Shown: one piece after another, positions 15,668 through 31,080 of the stretch
Layout: each line of letters begins with the position of its first letter
Numbering within the stretch: the first letter of the stretch is position 1
Assembly (NCBI RefSeq): GCF_009914755.1
Contig: NC_060938.1
Reading direction: 5' to 3' (one strand)
DNA: 64,000 nt
DNA from: the human T2T-CHM13v2.0 reference genome, Homo sapiens
The notes under the pieces: model-generated
Seen by the model: the letters and a program-made list of their open reading frames with translations, nothing else
Told to the model about the DNA's origin: nothing
Database searches by the model: none
Position numbers and translations under genes: made by a program

Positions 15668-16760
15668 TGAGACCTCAGCCCTAAAGCAGAGCCCAGAACA
15701 GGAGACCACCACCAAGGCCTCTTGCTTGGATTTTTGGTTTCTTTTGGTGAAAACTTCACTCACTGTTCTCACTCACCCTGCCAGTGGGAAAATAAACCCA
15801 TACGAAAATGGTCTTGGGACTGGGAGCCCTGCTAAACCCTTGTTCAGGTTAAACTCCCTTAAGTAACAGAGAACAGACCTGACTGAGCTTGATCTCCTAG
15901 GATATTTCTCTGTGCTGAGAGCCTAACCAGGAAAAACGTTAAACAGATCACTTAGCTGATGGCAAATATATGTGACCAATTCTCAGCCTCAGCCACAGAA
16001 GGGACTTGATGGGTGGGACCTTGGCACCACCCCTTCCCCCACTGCCCCCACTGCCTTGGTCTAAATCTGCATCTCGTAGAATTCTTTGCACAACAGCAGA
16101 CCTATTGTGAGGACTTTCCTTCTCCCTAACCCCATCCCCCTATCAAGTAAGATGTTTACTTCCAGTACTAGAAGGGGGCGGGCATGCAGGCAGAAATAGA
16201 AGGAATTCTAACCATAGCTAACCAAAGTCAGATTTCCAGGCCACTCCACTCACCGGGGTCTGCTTTAACCTCTGGGAACAAAGTAAACAAAAAGCTGGAT
16301 TGTTGCATCCTGCTCTGAAGGTTAAAGTTTTGATTCAAGGTTAAAGTTTTGATATCTTCTGTGCCTCACAGCCTTTTGTTTCACTCTGATGCTATTATTT
16401 ACTCATCCTTTTGCACAGGAGGTCACTTTGCATAGACGAGAAGAACTTGAGGCTGAGCCTCTACCTATGGTCTGTTGGAACCTAAGGAAGCCAGTTCATT
16501 TCTCCCAATCTCAATGCCCTCATCTGTAAAAGTAGGGAAATTATACTGGGCTTGCTGGGTTGGTTTGTGTGTGTATGTGTGAACTATAAATACTTGAAAA
16601 CGACTACCCCTTTCAGAAAGGGTTACTATTGCTATTACTGTTATCTGTGCCTTTATGTATGTATAACTGATCTGTCTCCTCTACTAGGCTATGCATTTGA
16701 GAGCAAGAATTGTGTCTGTATTGCTAACAGCAATTCCAGCGCCTAACAAAGAGGAGGTGC

Positions 16761-17191
16761 TGTGGAGGCCAAAGCAACTCCAACTTGGATGCTAATCCAT
16801 CACTTTAACTTCTGATTAACCCTTGTTCTAGGAAGTCCTCTAAGATTTCCAGTTTATTTGATGTTTCTTGTGTGAGAGTAGGTACCTACTGTAAATCCTG
16901 CCCTGAGGTCAAAACAACCTTGATGTTATAGGACTTCAATTGTTCTACACAAACATTCTGAATCACATATACCCTTTCCCAGTATTATATAAGCCCTGGT
17001 CATGAGAATAAATGGTGCAGGATCCACCATCTTGCCTCACTGCTGCCTGAGACACAGACATGGCTTCTGTTTGTAAGTCCCTATTAAGTGTATATTTCTG
17101 AGGAACTGGATATGTCAGCCTTTTTCTTCAGCCTCTCAGCTTCCTTGGATTTTTGGGGGTAGGTTTGCTGAGGCCTGGCCCCCATGGAACA
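16761..17191 (+). mobile_element. MER57 ERV1 solo LTR inserted in an L2 3' end
   Basis: TGTGGAGGCCAAAGCAACTCC to CCATGGAACA; perfect TSD GGTGC. Confidence 0.85.
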
Positions 17192-17695
17192 GGTGCTCCA
17201 TCAAGGAGTAAGTGCTGAGCATTTAGATTCAGGTGAGGGGCAGCAGCCACCAGGAAAGAAGAGTCTATGCATAATTACCTGCCCTACTTCCTGAGTCAGG
17301 GGTTCTCAAATTCTTTGTGTTCAGGACACATTTGAAGAGCCGGCACATTCAGACAACAGTGACTCAGCAATCATTGCAACTTAATCCCTACTACTGAAGA
17401 ACAACATCTCATAATGTCTACAAAAGCAACCACTATGACCCCACCATTTACTGGGATGCGCTTCAGCACTACAGTTAGAAGGTGGAACGCTGACTGCCCG
17501 AATGTCCTTCCTCTAATATACACAAGAAGATTTCTCACCTGTCTAGTTAACCACTATATTTCTTGGTCCCTGGCTTGACAACATACCTCTTACCTCCTCA
17601 CAGCACTACATAGTGTGTTGGCATGCAGTCATGTTTCAGGCAGGCACTTCAAATTTGCCCTTGGAATTCCAGGATTTTGCTTTTGCAGTTTCTAA

Positions 17696-18050
<355 letters not shown>

Positions 18051-18229
18051 TGAGATGTCAATTTTTAAAAATTAGTTTATAAGTAATACATAAGTATATG
18101 TATATTCCAAAATGTCTATACAATAAAAAAATATGGAAGAAAACCTGTGGAAGTTTTCCTTATTGGTACCAGTCACAGTAGGCCATGTTATACTACAGTA
18201 ATAAATGTCTCCAAACCTCAGTAACTTTA

Positions 18230-19000
<771 letters not shown>

Positions 19001-19319
19001 ATGCATGTTTTTCATGAGTCCACCACAGCTCTGCTTTTTACCATCTTGACTCCAGAACCAAAACTGATGGAAGAACCTAACCTCTATCTGAAATATCACC
19101 AATCTCGTGGCAGAAGGAAAAAGACAAGGCAAAGGGTGCCTTAACTTCTAAAACTTTGCACAAAAATGACCAACATCAGTTATTGGCCAAAGCAAGTAAT
19201 ATGGTCATTCCTGAGGTCAACAGTGTGGGAAAATAGACTCCTGCAGAGAGGGGCACTGCAGGGCAAGAAACTGGAATATTTGGTAACGGAGAATACCATC
19301 GTCCAGCACCTCCTCCAAC

Positions 19320-20080
19320 AACTACTTCTCTCCCAGAAGCAACTGTTCTAGACAGTTCAGTGTGCATCCTTTCAGTCTCCTTTCCTATATATTTGCTGAC
19401 ATATCTCTACAGGCGTACACATAAATGTCGAATTTTGCACGTATTTTTCTGCAACTTGCTCTGTTCACTTAATATGCTTTGGAGACCTTTCATCTCAGTA
19501 TGCATAAGTCTACCTGACTCTCTCTAACAATAGCATGGTGTTTCATACCATAATATATTTAAATTCTTGGTATACATTTTGGATCTTTTCAATATGTTTT
19601 GATATTACAAATAATGCTGCAATATGTATTCATAAAGATGCACATATCTTTGTGAATATATGTATTTTGGAATGATAGGTTTCTAGAAATAAGTTGTTAA
19701 AGTATGTATGCATTGCAGTTTTTAATAGATACTAGCAATTTGCCTTGAAAAATGCCTTCATCAATGTTCACAGCCACTAGAAAAATAAAAGTGCCTGATT
19801 TCCCAAATCTTCAACAACTCAATATTATCAATTTTTTTCTCTTCTGTAAATCTGATGGATTTTAAGAGGGTAATTCATTGTTTGAATATACTTAATATGT
19901 CACTTCTCGGCCTTTTGGCTAAGATCAAGTGAATATACTTAATGTATTTTTTTGCTTACAGTGAGGTTGAGTACTGTTCATATTTATTGGTTAATTTCAC
20001 AATTTCACAATTTTTTTTCTCTTGTGAATTGTCTGTTTCCATTCTTTACCCATTTCCTAGTGATTTTAAATCTTTTTGTT
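19320..20080 (-). mobile_element. Old L1ME-type fragment
   Basis: ttctgcaacttgctctgttcacttaat; ttttgatattacaaataatgctgcaat; gtgaggttgagtac. Confidence 0.65.
19899..19931 (+). pseudogene. 3'-truncated U2 snRNA retropseudogene (nt 1-33)
   Basis: GTCACTTCTCGGCCTTTTGGCTAAGATCAAGTG is 31/33 identical to the U2 5' end; flanked by TSD tgaatatacttaat. Confidence 0.93.
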
Positions 20081-20344
20081 TCATCTTTTTCTTTTAGATT
20101 TGAACAAATCACTTTATGTATTTTCTCAATATTAACCTGTCTATATTACCATTTGTGAATACAAACATGTCTCCATTACATCAGAAATCCATCTCTAAAC
20201 ACCAGAAACTGAATGAAAATACTAATGAGGATTCCATTTCCTATCAATATAACACTGCCAGTCAATTTCCTAAAACACCGGAATATGTCAATGTATTTAA
20301 CAAATTATTTAGTACATAAGATGCATACAACATTGCTTCCTTTA

Positions 20345-20629
<285 letters not shown>

Positions 20630-21046
20630 TCACAAAACATTGTTTCCTGATCACCAAACAGTTCACGTGACTTTTAACAGACATTTGCTTGTGTGTAGCC
20701 ATCAACATCCTACTCACATCCCTTTGTTAACACTTGGCACTTTTCAAAACATCTGCATGTGATTCTGACATCCTTCCAATTATAATTGGAAAGTAACTGG
20801 AAAATTCTTCCCCTTTCCCTCCCACACAACCTACTTTGTTTAAAAATATTATCTTGAGTTTGGGGAATGTACAAATAAAATGTTCTATATAAACATTGGT
20901 TCAAAAAATACTGTATTGGAGAGATATGTACATTTTATGAGGTCTGAGTGTTGAAGATAAGAGGAGTTCTACTGAGAAAAGAATACCTGGGGAGGCTGCT
21001 TGTCAGGTATACTCAAAAAGGTTTACTTTCAGCCTAGCCATTTTGG

Positions 21047-21351
21047 ATTTTTGTTTGTTTGTTTGTTTTTTGAGACAGTCTCACTCTGTTGCCCAGGGTG
21101 TAGGGCAGTGGCACAAATTCAGCTCACTGCAACCTCCGCCTCCCAGGTTCAAATGATTCTCCTGCCTCACCCTCCCGAGTAGCTGGGATTACAGGTGCCT
21201 GCCACCATGCCCAGCTAATCTTTGTATTTTTAGTAGAGATGGGGTTTCTTCATGTTTGTCAGGCTGGTCTTGAAGTCCTGACCTCAGGTGATCCGTCCAC
21301 CGCAGCCTCCGAAAGTGCTGGGATTATAAGCATGAGCCACTGCACCACACC
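21047..21351 (-). mobile_element. Alu (AluS)
   Basis: Full dimer; ccattttg flanks. Confidence 0.94.
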
Positions 21352-21692
21352 CATTTTGTTTTCAATTTTGTTCATGGTATCTTTTTAGATGCAAAATTTG
21401 CCACTTTATGTAAACAAACTGTCAGTTATTTTGTTTAAGGTTTCTGGATTTAAATCTCGTTTTAGGAGATTTTCCCCATCTCAGGATGTTTTTTTCAAAT
21501 TCTGTTAAATATATTTTAAAGTTGTTAGTTTTGCTTTATGCTCAGCTCTTTGGTCATAAGGAATTAATTGTTAAGTAAGGTATGAGGTGGAGTGGGGCAA
21601 TCTAACTTTTCTCTGTCCCCAAACAAGTAGCATATCAATCCAATGCTATCTATTGAATATTTTATTCTGTCTCCAGTTGGTTTGAAATGCCA

Positions 21693-22041
21693 ATATCTTA
21701 GCCCATTTTGTGCTGCTATTGCAGAATTCCTGAGATTGGGTGATTTATAATAAACAGAAATTCATTGGCTCACAGTTCTGGAGGCTGTGAAGTCCAGGAT
21801 CAAGGCACTGGCAGCTGGTGAGGGCCTTCTTGCTTGTCATTGTATGGCGGAAGTGGAAGGTCAAGAGCGCAAGAGAGCGAACCCACTCCCACCAGCCCTT
21901 TCTTAAGGGCATGAATCTGTTCATGAGGATGGATTCCTCATGACCTAAACACTTCCCATTAGCCCCTACCTCCCAATACTATCACATTGGGAATTAAGTT
22001 TCCAAAATATGAATTCTGGGAGACACATTCAAACTGTAGCA
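21693..22041 (-). mobile_element. MST (MSTB/C-like) MaLR LTR
   Basis: cttagcccattttgtgctgctat...ggctcacagttctggaggctg...cacattcaaactgtagca. Confidence 0.85.
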
Positions 22042-22334
22042 TTGTGTAACTTACATTCTTGAGGTTTAAAAAAATGTATTCAGTATAATAAAGCATCAAA
22101 TTTTATAGTGAAGCTAGGATACAAAAATGGAGTCTTAGGGAGAATGAGATTAATTATCAGCATTCATGTATCAACACCAACATTCTCTGCTCGTTGTGGT
22201 TGTCACAAAGGTAAAACTTCTTGTATGTGACAAACTAATCTGATAGGAAGACAACCGCTAATGATGCATGTCAAGGGATCTAAGAAAGTGAGATGCTATT
22301 ACAAATAACTGGAGTCCTGTAGGAATAGAATTAT

Positions 22335-22646
22335 TATTATTATTATTATTAATTATTATTTTGAGAAAGAGTCTTGCTCTGTCGCCCAGGCTGGGAGTGC
22401 AGTGGTGTGATCTCAGCTCACTGCAACCTCCACCTCCTCAGTTAAAGCGATTGTCATGTCTCAGCCTCTGGAGTAGCTGGGATTACAAGCATAGTACAAC
22501 ACGCCTGGCTAATTTTTGTCATTTTTTTTAGAGACGGTGTTTCACCATGTTGGCCAGGCTGGTCTCAAACTCCTAGCCTCAAGTGGTGTGTCCACCTTGG
22601 CCTCCCAAAGTGCTGGGATTACAGGTGTGAGCCACTGCGCCCAGCC
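22335..22646 (-). mobile_element. Alu (AluS) with (TTA)n tail
   Basis: TSD gaatagaattatt. Confidence 0.95.
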
Positions 22647-22758
22647 AGAATAGAATTATTAAAGATTCAAAGAGATCATTTTATTTTTCAGTTATTCTTT
22701 ACTATGTTTTACTTTGGGCCTTTGTAGGTTTGATGATGTTCAAGAATTCTATGATTCA

Positions 22759-22900
<142 letters not shown>

Positions 22901-24019
22901 TAAAAAAATTCTAGGATTTAGTAGTTCTGGGTAAGTCCCCCAAAACATTCAGGTTCTGTTGTTTTGTGAGCTTTCCTGGTCCCAGAAATTCACCTGCAAC
23001 TGATACCACCTTGGCCCACACACTTTGTGAAAGGGAAGACTGCCCTCTCTACTTCCATTTTCTTCTCTTCCCCTCAGTCATTCCTCATCCCACAGCGGTG
23101 ACTGCTAGGGACTGCTTCCATCTGACTGCTTCTTCCCCACGCCTCAGAAATGCCTCATCCAGGAAAGTCTAGTAAGAGAAGTTTGAAGATGCTGGACTGG
23201 AGCTAGAGGGTTGGGGAAGGGGTCAAATGATGGCTGACATTATTTGGTGATGTCTTGAGCCCACTGTGTCCCAAGGAGATGGACTGAAAATCAGGTAAAT
23301 TAGCAGATGAATTGGCAATTACCCCCAAAAGAGAGATAAACAGAGTTGAACAGAGTGCAGCAGGAAAGGATAGTGGCTCAGATGTCTCTCTCCTCTCATC
23401 TTCTCTCTTTCTCTGTGTGTGCGCACACACACATGCACAGGCTCCTTTGTGTCTCAAGACAAACAGCTTCATCCGCACCCTGAGGGAAGACTGGATGGCA
23501 GCATAAAACGAGAGGGGCAGCCGGGGCTGAGGAGGCAACAGTGCCAGCTGTGTGAGCAATTTGGAGAATGGCGTGGCCAGGAAAGGGTATTGATGACTGC
23601 CAATCTGGGCTGTGGACCTCCTGGAAATGGGCTGCCCTCCAGCCATCCAGCAGGTTCCTTCTCATTGTTTTAGGGGACTTTTACATCTGGAGGGCTCCAC
23701 CTCTGGAGCCCAAACCCTCTGTGTCCCTGCCAGAGCTTCTCAAACTCTTCCTACTGAGCCACTCCCAGCAACCAGAAGCCTCAACTCCTAACTTTGGAGA
23801 GGACAAGGCCCTGTCAGTCCCACCCTAGGCAAATGTGATGTTTCTCTGCTGTCTTCAGCTTTATCTTTAAAACTGAAGCACAGTTGGTGTTCTACGTCAT
23901 GTTTCTGTGTTTGTTTTGATATTTTTCAAAATGTGTTTTCAATGTCATGCCTAGCTCTTCCTCTCCCTCCCCATTAGATCCCATTATAAAACCCAGCACT
24001 GCTCTGTGCTTCATGGTGC

Positions 24020-24170
24020 TCATTTCAACTGTAATTAATTCCTGTTTGCCAGTTGTTTACATGCTGTCTTTCCCACTAGAGTGTAAGCTTCAGGAAGCCA
24101 GTGGCCATGCCTGTCTGGGTCGTCACCTCTGCATTCCCAGTGCCTTGCCAGAGCCTGGCCCCAGCTGTAG
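24020..24170 (+). mobile_element. L2 3' relic
   Basis: ctgtctttcccactagagtgtaagcttcaggaagcca. Confidence 0.6.
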
Positions 24171-24764
24171 CTTTTGACTTTTGTGGTTACAGCCCTCTTA
24201 TAAGAAGGCTGATGTGAGAATTTCAGGCCTCATGAAGGTCATGTGACTGTGCCTCCTTTCATAAGCAGAAAGGCCTGGGTCCACAGCCTGACAAATGGGC
24301 TATTGTTCATGAAGAGTTCAGGTGAGAGGTGAAATCCATCACTGCTCCAGGCCAGCCCTATCGCAACTCCTTGCACCCTCCCAGTGACCCGGTGACTGGG
24401 GAGACAATGACATCACCTCAGAATACATAAACAAAAGACACCCTGTTCTTCAAAGCTCTCCAAGGAGAATTACATTTTTTAGCCCATTCTTGCTGTAATA
24501 TATGCATAAATATCATCTCTCAGAGTTTCCTAGATTCAGTTCAAGGACATAGATGATTTGGTAGGTATTTGACTTATAGAAGTTTTCTGAAGTCAGAGAA
24601 TAAATTGAAACATGTTTTGCTGAGAGTAGGAAAACAACTCAATTTGGAAGAAGAGCTGATTTCTCAGGTAAGTAATTGTAAGTTATATCAACCCCTCTCA
24701 CCTTTGGGTCTAGTTTTCTCATCTCCTACACAAACCTTTGGTGACAACTTTCATCCTTATCATT

Positions 24765-24908
24765 CTTTTTTTTTTTTTTTTTTTTTTTTTTTGAGACAGG
24801 GTCTTGCTGTGTTGCCCAGGCTGGTCTTGAACTCCTGGGCTCAAACCATCCTCCTGCCTCAGCCTCCCAAAGTGCTGGGATTACAAGTGTAAGCCAACAC
24901 GTCTGGCT
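24765..24908 (-). mobile_element. FLAM_C / Alu monomer
   Basis: TSD ttcatcct...attctt. Confidence 0.9.
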
Positions 24909-25104
24909 TCATCCTATAATTCTTAATATCCACAGAACACTATTCAGAAAATTCATTGGTTAAAAAAATGTCAATTCCTCAAAACAGCAAAGTACTATCT
25001 CCAAGTTCCATGTAAAGTGTGTGATTAAACACTTTAGTCAGAGCATTTAAAGAAAGTGCTAAAGAAAGGTAGTAAGAAACCTGAATTGTGGAATAGTTAT
25101 TATC

Positions 25105-25692
25105 GTAACTGCTTGCATTTATTGAGTGTTTATTATGTGCAAGATATTAGGCTGAGTTATTTGCATGGTTTAGCTCATTAAATCCTCATAGCACACATGT
25201 GAGGTGTTGTATTAGTCTGTTCTCATGCTGCTAAGAAAGCCATATTACTGGGTAATTTATAAAGGAGAGAGGTTTAACTAGCTCACAGTTCCACATGGCT
25301 GGGGAGGCCTCAAAATCATGGCGGAAGACAAAGGAAGAGCACGGCGGCAGGCAAAAGAGCTTGCGTAGGGGAACTCCTCTTTATAAAACCATCAGATCCC
25401 ATGAGACTTATTCACTGTCACAAGAACAGCACAGGAAAGACCCGAACCCATGATTCCATCATCTCCCACCGGGTCCCTCCCACGATGTGGGAATTGTGGG
25501 AGCTACAACTCAAGATGAGATTTGGGTGGGGCCAAATCTCATATTAGGGAGAATTATTATTCCCATTTCACAGATGAAGAAATGGATACTTGGAGAGCCC
25601 ATGTAACTTACTCTAGATCCTGTGCCTTATGGGGCACAGAGCCAGAGCTCTGATGCTGATTTACATTATTCTGTGGTCCAGGCTGTTAACCA
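25105..25692 (-). mobile_element. MIR interrupted by a THE1 LTR
   Basis: catttattgagtgtttattatgtgc on the left; ttattcccatttcacagatgaagaaa on the right. Confidence 0.7.
25208..25545 (-). mobile_element. THE1B-like solo LTR with altered terminus
   Basis: TGTATTAGTCTGTTCTCATGCTGCTA to GAGATTTGGGTGGGG. Confidence 0.92.
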
Positions 25693-25842
25693 CTGGCCAT
25701 GAAAAAGCAGCAAATGAATATTTGTATTTGAGAAAGAAAGAAACTTCTGTCACTCCAAGTACAAGTGCTGGTTAGCTTGTGTTGCCCAATTCAGGGCCTA
25801 ACAGACTTCTTTCAACTAACAAATTTATAAAATCCTTTGTAA

Positions 25843-26146
<304 letters not shown>

Positions 26147-26204
26147 AATTGACTCATTTTTTTTAGGTGAGTGAAAATATGTTGTTCTCTTAAAAATGTT
26201 AACC

Positions 26205-28350
26205 TGATGGCAGTAGCAGGCCATCTGGAGCATCTGCTGCCATCGCGTCGGCCGTGGCAGCAGGGACGCAGGCAGTGGCAGCAGGAACGGCAGTGGCAGC
26301 AGTGGGACCCCTGTGCCCCACGTCCCTGAGGCAGCCAACTGCATCGTGCCCACCCTGGCGTGGCTAGGTGAGACCCACTTCCAGGCCCAGAGCCTCTACC
26401 GCCCTGGACCCTGGCCCCGTGTCGCTGCTCTTGCTCGCAGCCACTGCAAGGAGGGCACAAGGAGGAAGTGGACAGTCCCCAGAGCCTGCCCCTGGGAGCC
26501 CCCTGGAGGCCACCGCCCGAGGGGCCACTATGATGGAGCGGGCTGAGCTGCCCACTGGTGGGGGAGCAGTGCGGTCGGGCATGGAGGAGCAGGCAGAGAG
26601 TGTCCCAGTGAGGACCTGGAGGCCCCGGCCAAGGCTACAAGGAGGCGTGGCTGGGGCTGCACACTCCACAGACCCAGTGGGAGCTGGGGACAAGCAGGAA
26701 CCCCAACCCTTCCGAGTTGGTGGGGTGGAAGCTCCCCGGGTGCAGCCTGAAGCCACCCTGCCGTGGCTACAGACCCAGGCATCTGTGCACTCCTGGGGGC
26801 CCAGGAAGGCCCCCTGCTACCCGCCCCCATCTCACCCCCGTCAGAAATGCCTGCTTGCGCTGCCTGGCTTCCTCCCACTGTTGGTGCCTGCTCTGATCTC
26901 TGAGCAAAGTCGAGGCCAAGCCCTGGGCTGTCACAGCCCAGATGAGTGTGCACACAGTGGGGGCAGTGCTGACATGCCTGACACGCCAGCCCCCTGGCAC
27001 CTCGGCCCCCTCTGGACTTTAGGTACCAACAAGCACTGGAGGGAGGCTGAGGGGGGCTGAGGACAGTCTGGCACTGGTCTGCAGGCGCCCCCTGGCATGA
27101 ACAGCTTGGGCGCCATGAATAGTGGTAGAAGGCAGACAGACTCCTGGGCAGAAGGGGGCTGGTCCCCAGTGAGTGAAGCCCCACCTTCAAACTGGGGAGG
27201 GCCTGAAGCCTGAGGGCTATGCCACCAGTCCCCAAAGACTGCAGGGGGAACTTATGGTGCTTTTCCCTGGGCCCGCCCATGGCCACCCATGAACCAATCA
27301 GCACACACTTCCTCCCCGGTAAGGCCCATACAAGCCTCAGATTCAGATTCAGCCAGACTCCAGCAGAGGAAGAAAGATGATGGGGAGATGACACGCCGAC
27401 CAGCTGCAGAGAGGAACTACCCTCTCTGCTGACAGCTGGACACTTATCAGGAGACCTGCCTGCAGAGAGGAGCTACCCTCTCTGCTGAGAGCTGAAGAGA
27501 AGATGGGCCAACCAGCTGCAGAGAAGAGAGGAGCTACCTTCTCTACCGAACACGGAACACTCCTTGGGACGACCTGCCCAGCAGAGAGGAGCTACCCTCC
27601 CTGCTGAGAGCTGAACACTCATCGGGACACCCTGGCTATGCAGAGGAGCTGCACACTCCAGGTCTACTGTGAGCTGTTCTATTGTTCAGTAAAGCTCCTC
27701 TTCGTCTTGCTCACGCTCCACTTGTCTGTGTACCTCATTCCTCCTGGACACAGGACGATAATCTGAGACCTGCCAAATGGCGGGGCTAAAAGAGCTGTAA
27801 TACAGACAGGGCTGAAACACGCCACTTGCTCGCCATTTTGTGAGTGACAAGGACGAGAGAAGTGAGAAGGAGAGAAGGAGAGGAGCTGCAGCTCTTTGGG
27901 AAACCTAGACCTGGGAGCTCCCCAAGCCAGGGCTGTGACTACCCCTTTGGGGCTCTGAGGTTCCTGGAGTCTCCAAGCTTCTGGGCACCACTGTGTTCCC
28001 TGGTGCCAGCCGTGGAAGCTGCTTGTGGTGCAGCTGGCCCAGCAGCAGCCTCGCAGAGAGCCGACGCCTGTGCCAGCACCTGCAGCTGCCCGCCCCACGG
28101 CAGCAGTCAGTGTATCTGACTGTGCACAGTGGCTGGACCCCACACTTGCTCACACACCCCTCACTGCTCCACACCTGACTCGCAGTCTCCCTCGAGGCGT
28201 GGGATCCAGGCTGGTAGCATGAGCCGAGCACAGCCTGCCAGGCTGAGGGGGTGGAATGAGCCCAGCAGACCCGAGCAAAACTCACGCAGAGGCACCACTG
28301 GCCACAGAGTTTTCCGGCCAGAAAAGCGACACCCCAAAGTTCTCATAACA
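26205..28350 (+). mobile_element. MER52 ERV1 solo LTR (about 2.15 kb, MER52D-like)
   Basis: TGATGGCAGTAGCAGGCCATCTGGAGC to CTCATAACA; GC-rich U3, CCAAT near 27294, internal agaggagctaccctc repeats. Confidence 0.85.
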
Positions 28351-28385
28351 AAATATTGCCTCTCCCATCCAACCCAACTGGAATT

Positions 28386-28737
28386 TGCTAGTCTGAATAT
28401 TTGGGTCATCCCAAATTATACGTTGAAATCCTAACCCCCAAGGTGAGGGCATCAGGAGGTGGCGCTCTGGCAGGTGAAGAAGTCCTGAGGCAAAGCCCTC
28501 GTAAATGGGATTAGTGCCCTCATAAAAGAGACCTCAGAGCCTTCTCACCCTTTCTGCCATGCAAGGATACAGCGAGAGGACAGCCATCTATGAACGGAAA
28601 GCGGGTGCTCCCCAGATATCAAATGTGCCTGCACCTTGATCTTGGACTTCCTAGCCTCTGAACTGTAAGAAATAAATTTTTGTTGTTTATAAGCCACCCA
28701 ATCTATGGTATTTTGTTGTAGTAGATGGACTAAGACA
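28386..28737 (+). mobile_element. MLT1A0-like LTR
   Basis: tgctagtctgaatattt...gaaatcctaacccccaagg...ggactaagaca. Confidence 0.87.
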
Positions 28738-29211
28738 GAACCTAAGACATAAAGATTTCACATGTGAGTCCAGCCCATTTCTAAATTCCAGCAAAATCCA
28801 AATGTCTGCTTGACCAGACATTAAACAAAAAGTTCTGACTAGCAGTGCTCTTTTGGATGCTGGTGCTGACATTCAAGTTCAAGTTCTTTCTCTTACAGCA
28901 GAAGCCCTGGAGTTTCTTTTAGTCACCTAAGTTGGTTGGAGTTTTGTGGTTGTTTCATTCTGTATTTATGGGTACTCATTACAAGCCTGTCATCTTAGAA
29001 CAGAGACTCACCTGGTGCAGCCCTCATCCTGCAGCCATTGGCTTTCCTGGTCTAACCTGGTCCACAACCATCTCTACTTCGAAATGCATTTTTAGTTCCC
29101 TTTAGTTCAGCACAAGAGGGATAGGTTGTGCGCTGTCCAATTGGACTACCTGTCCAGTGTTGTGAGACTCTAAATGGCATGGGGAGAGACTATACAGAAA
29201 TATGAATAACA

Positions 29212-29700
<489 letters not shown>

Positions 29701-30485
29701 TTATTCCTATTCTTTACTGCCCTTTCAGTGAGTGCCAGGAAATCTGGAGATAAGGGCTGTAGTAGCCCAGGAGGTTTCGGTGGAGGAAGGAGAAGTTGAA
29801 TTGGATGTCAAGGATTGTGTTAGAAAGACAATTTGGATTGTACCAGGGATGGGGTAGGACAGAAAAACAAGCAGAGCAGGCTCCCTTGCTTTTGTTGTCT
29901 CCATAGAACAGTAGAAAAGGTGAATTAGACCATTTTGTGGTTGACATTACCAATTAATTTTAAATTCAATGCCTGCTTTGTCGTTGAGCTTAATCTTAAT
30001 TATAGCAGATCTCTTCGCATTTCTTTTCTTTGTGCAGATTGCACAGGCAGGGGTTTTAAGTGTATCAAAGAGCGTCTGCACTGAGAGAAATTATTTATGT
30101 TGCATTAAAATAATTGGCCTAATTCTCTGAACCAACAAGTAAAATCTAATTCCTGTCTTAAAGGTAAAGAGTAATGTAATATGGAAAGAAAAACATTCAC
30201 TTAGCTATCTCTCTTTTATTACTAGTACATGGTATAATGTCCAGGAAACAGCTAAGATCAGCATATGTAGCTTGAGCTTTGCATAGAGGTAGTGTCCTTG
30301 ACTCATGGCTTAATGCACATAAGTGTGCAAGATATTTCAATAACACGGAGGTAACAGTCTGAGAAACACATTTGAACTTAAATATTCTGCACATGACATC
30401 AGGATATACCACTGTCTTTTTTTATTCCACTTTGTGCCTTTGTACCATCTCACTATGAAAGTGCTTCTTATAAAATATTATTTCT

Positions 30486-31080
<595 letters not shown>

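Noticed and set aside
16165-16182. CTCF-like motif ctagaagggggcgg (another near 36047)
   Set aside because: Two mismatches to the core consensus; such matches are expected by chance in 64 kb
26364-27394. 230-aa and 288-aa ORFs
   Set aside because: They lie inside the GC-rich MER52 LTR, overlap on both strands, have low-complexity composition and show no recognisable domain
27405-27660. Repeat-spacer-like array of ~59-bp units resembling CRISPR
   Set aside because: Degenerate internal repeats of the MER52 LTR in a primate genome; no cas genes
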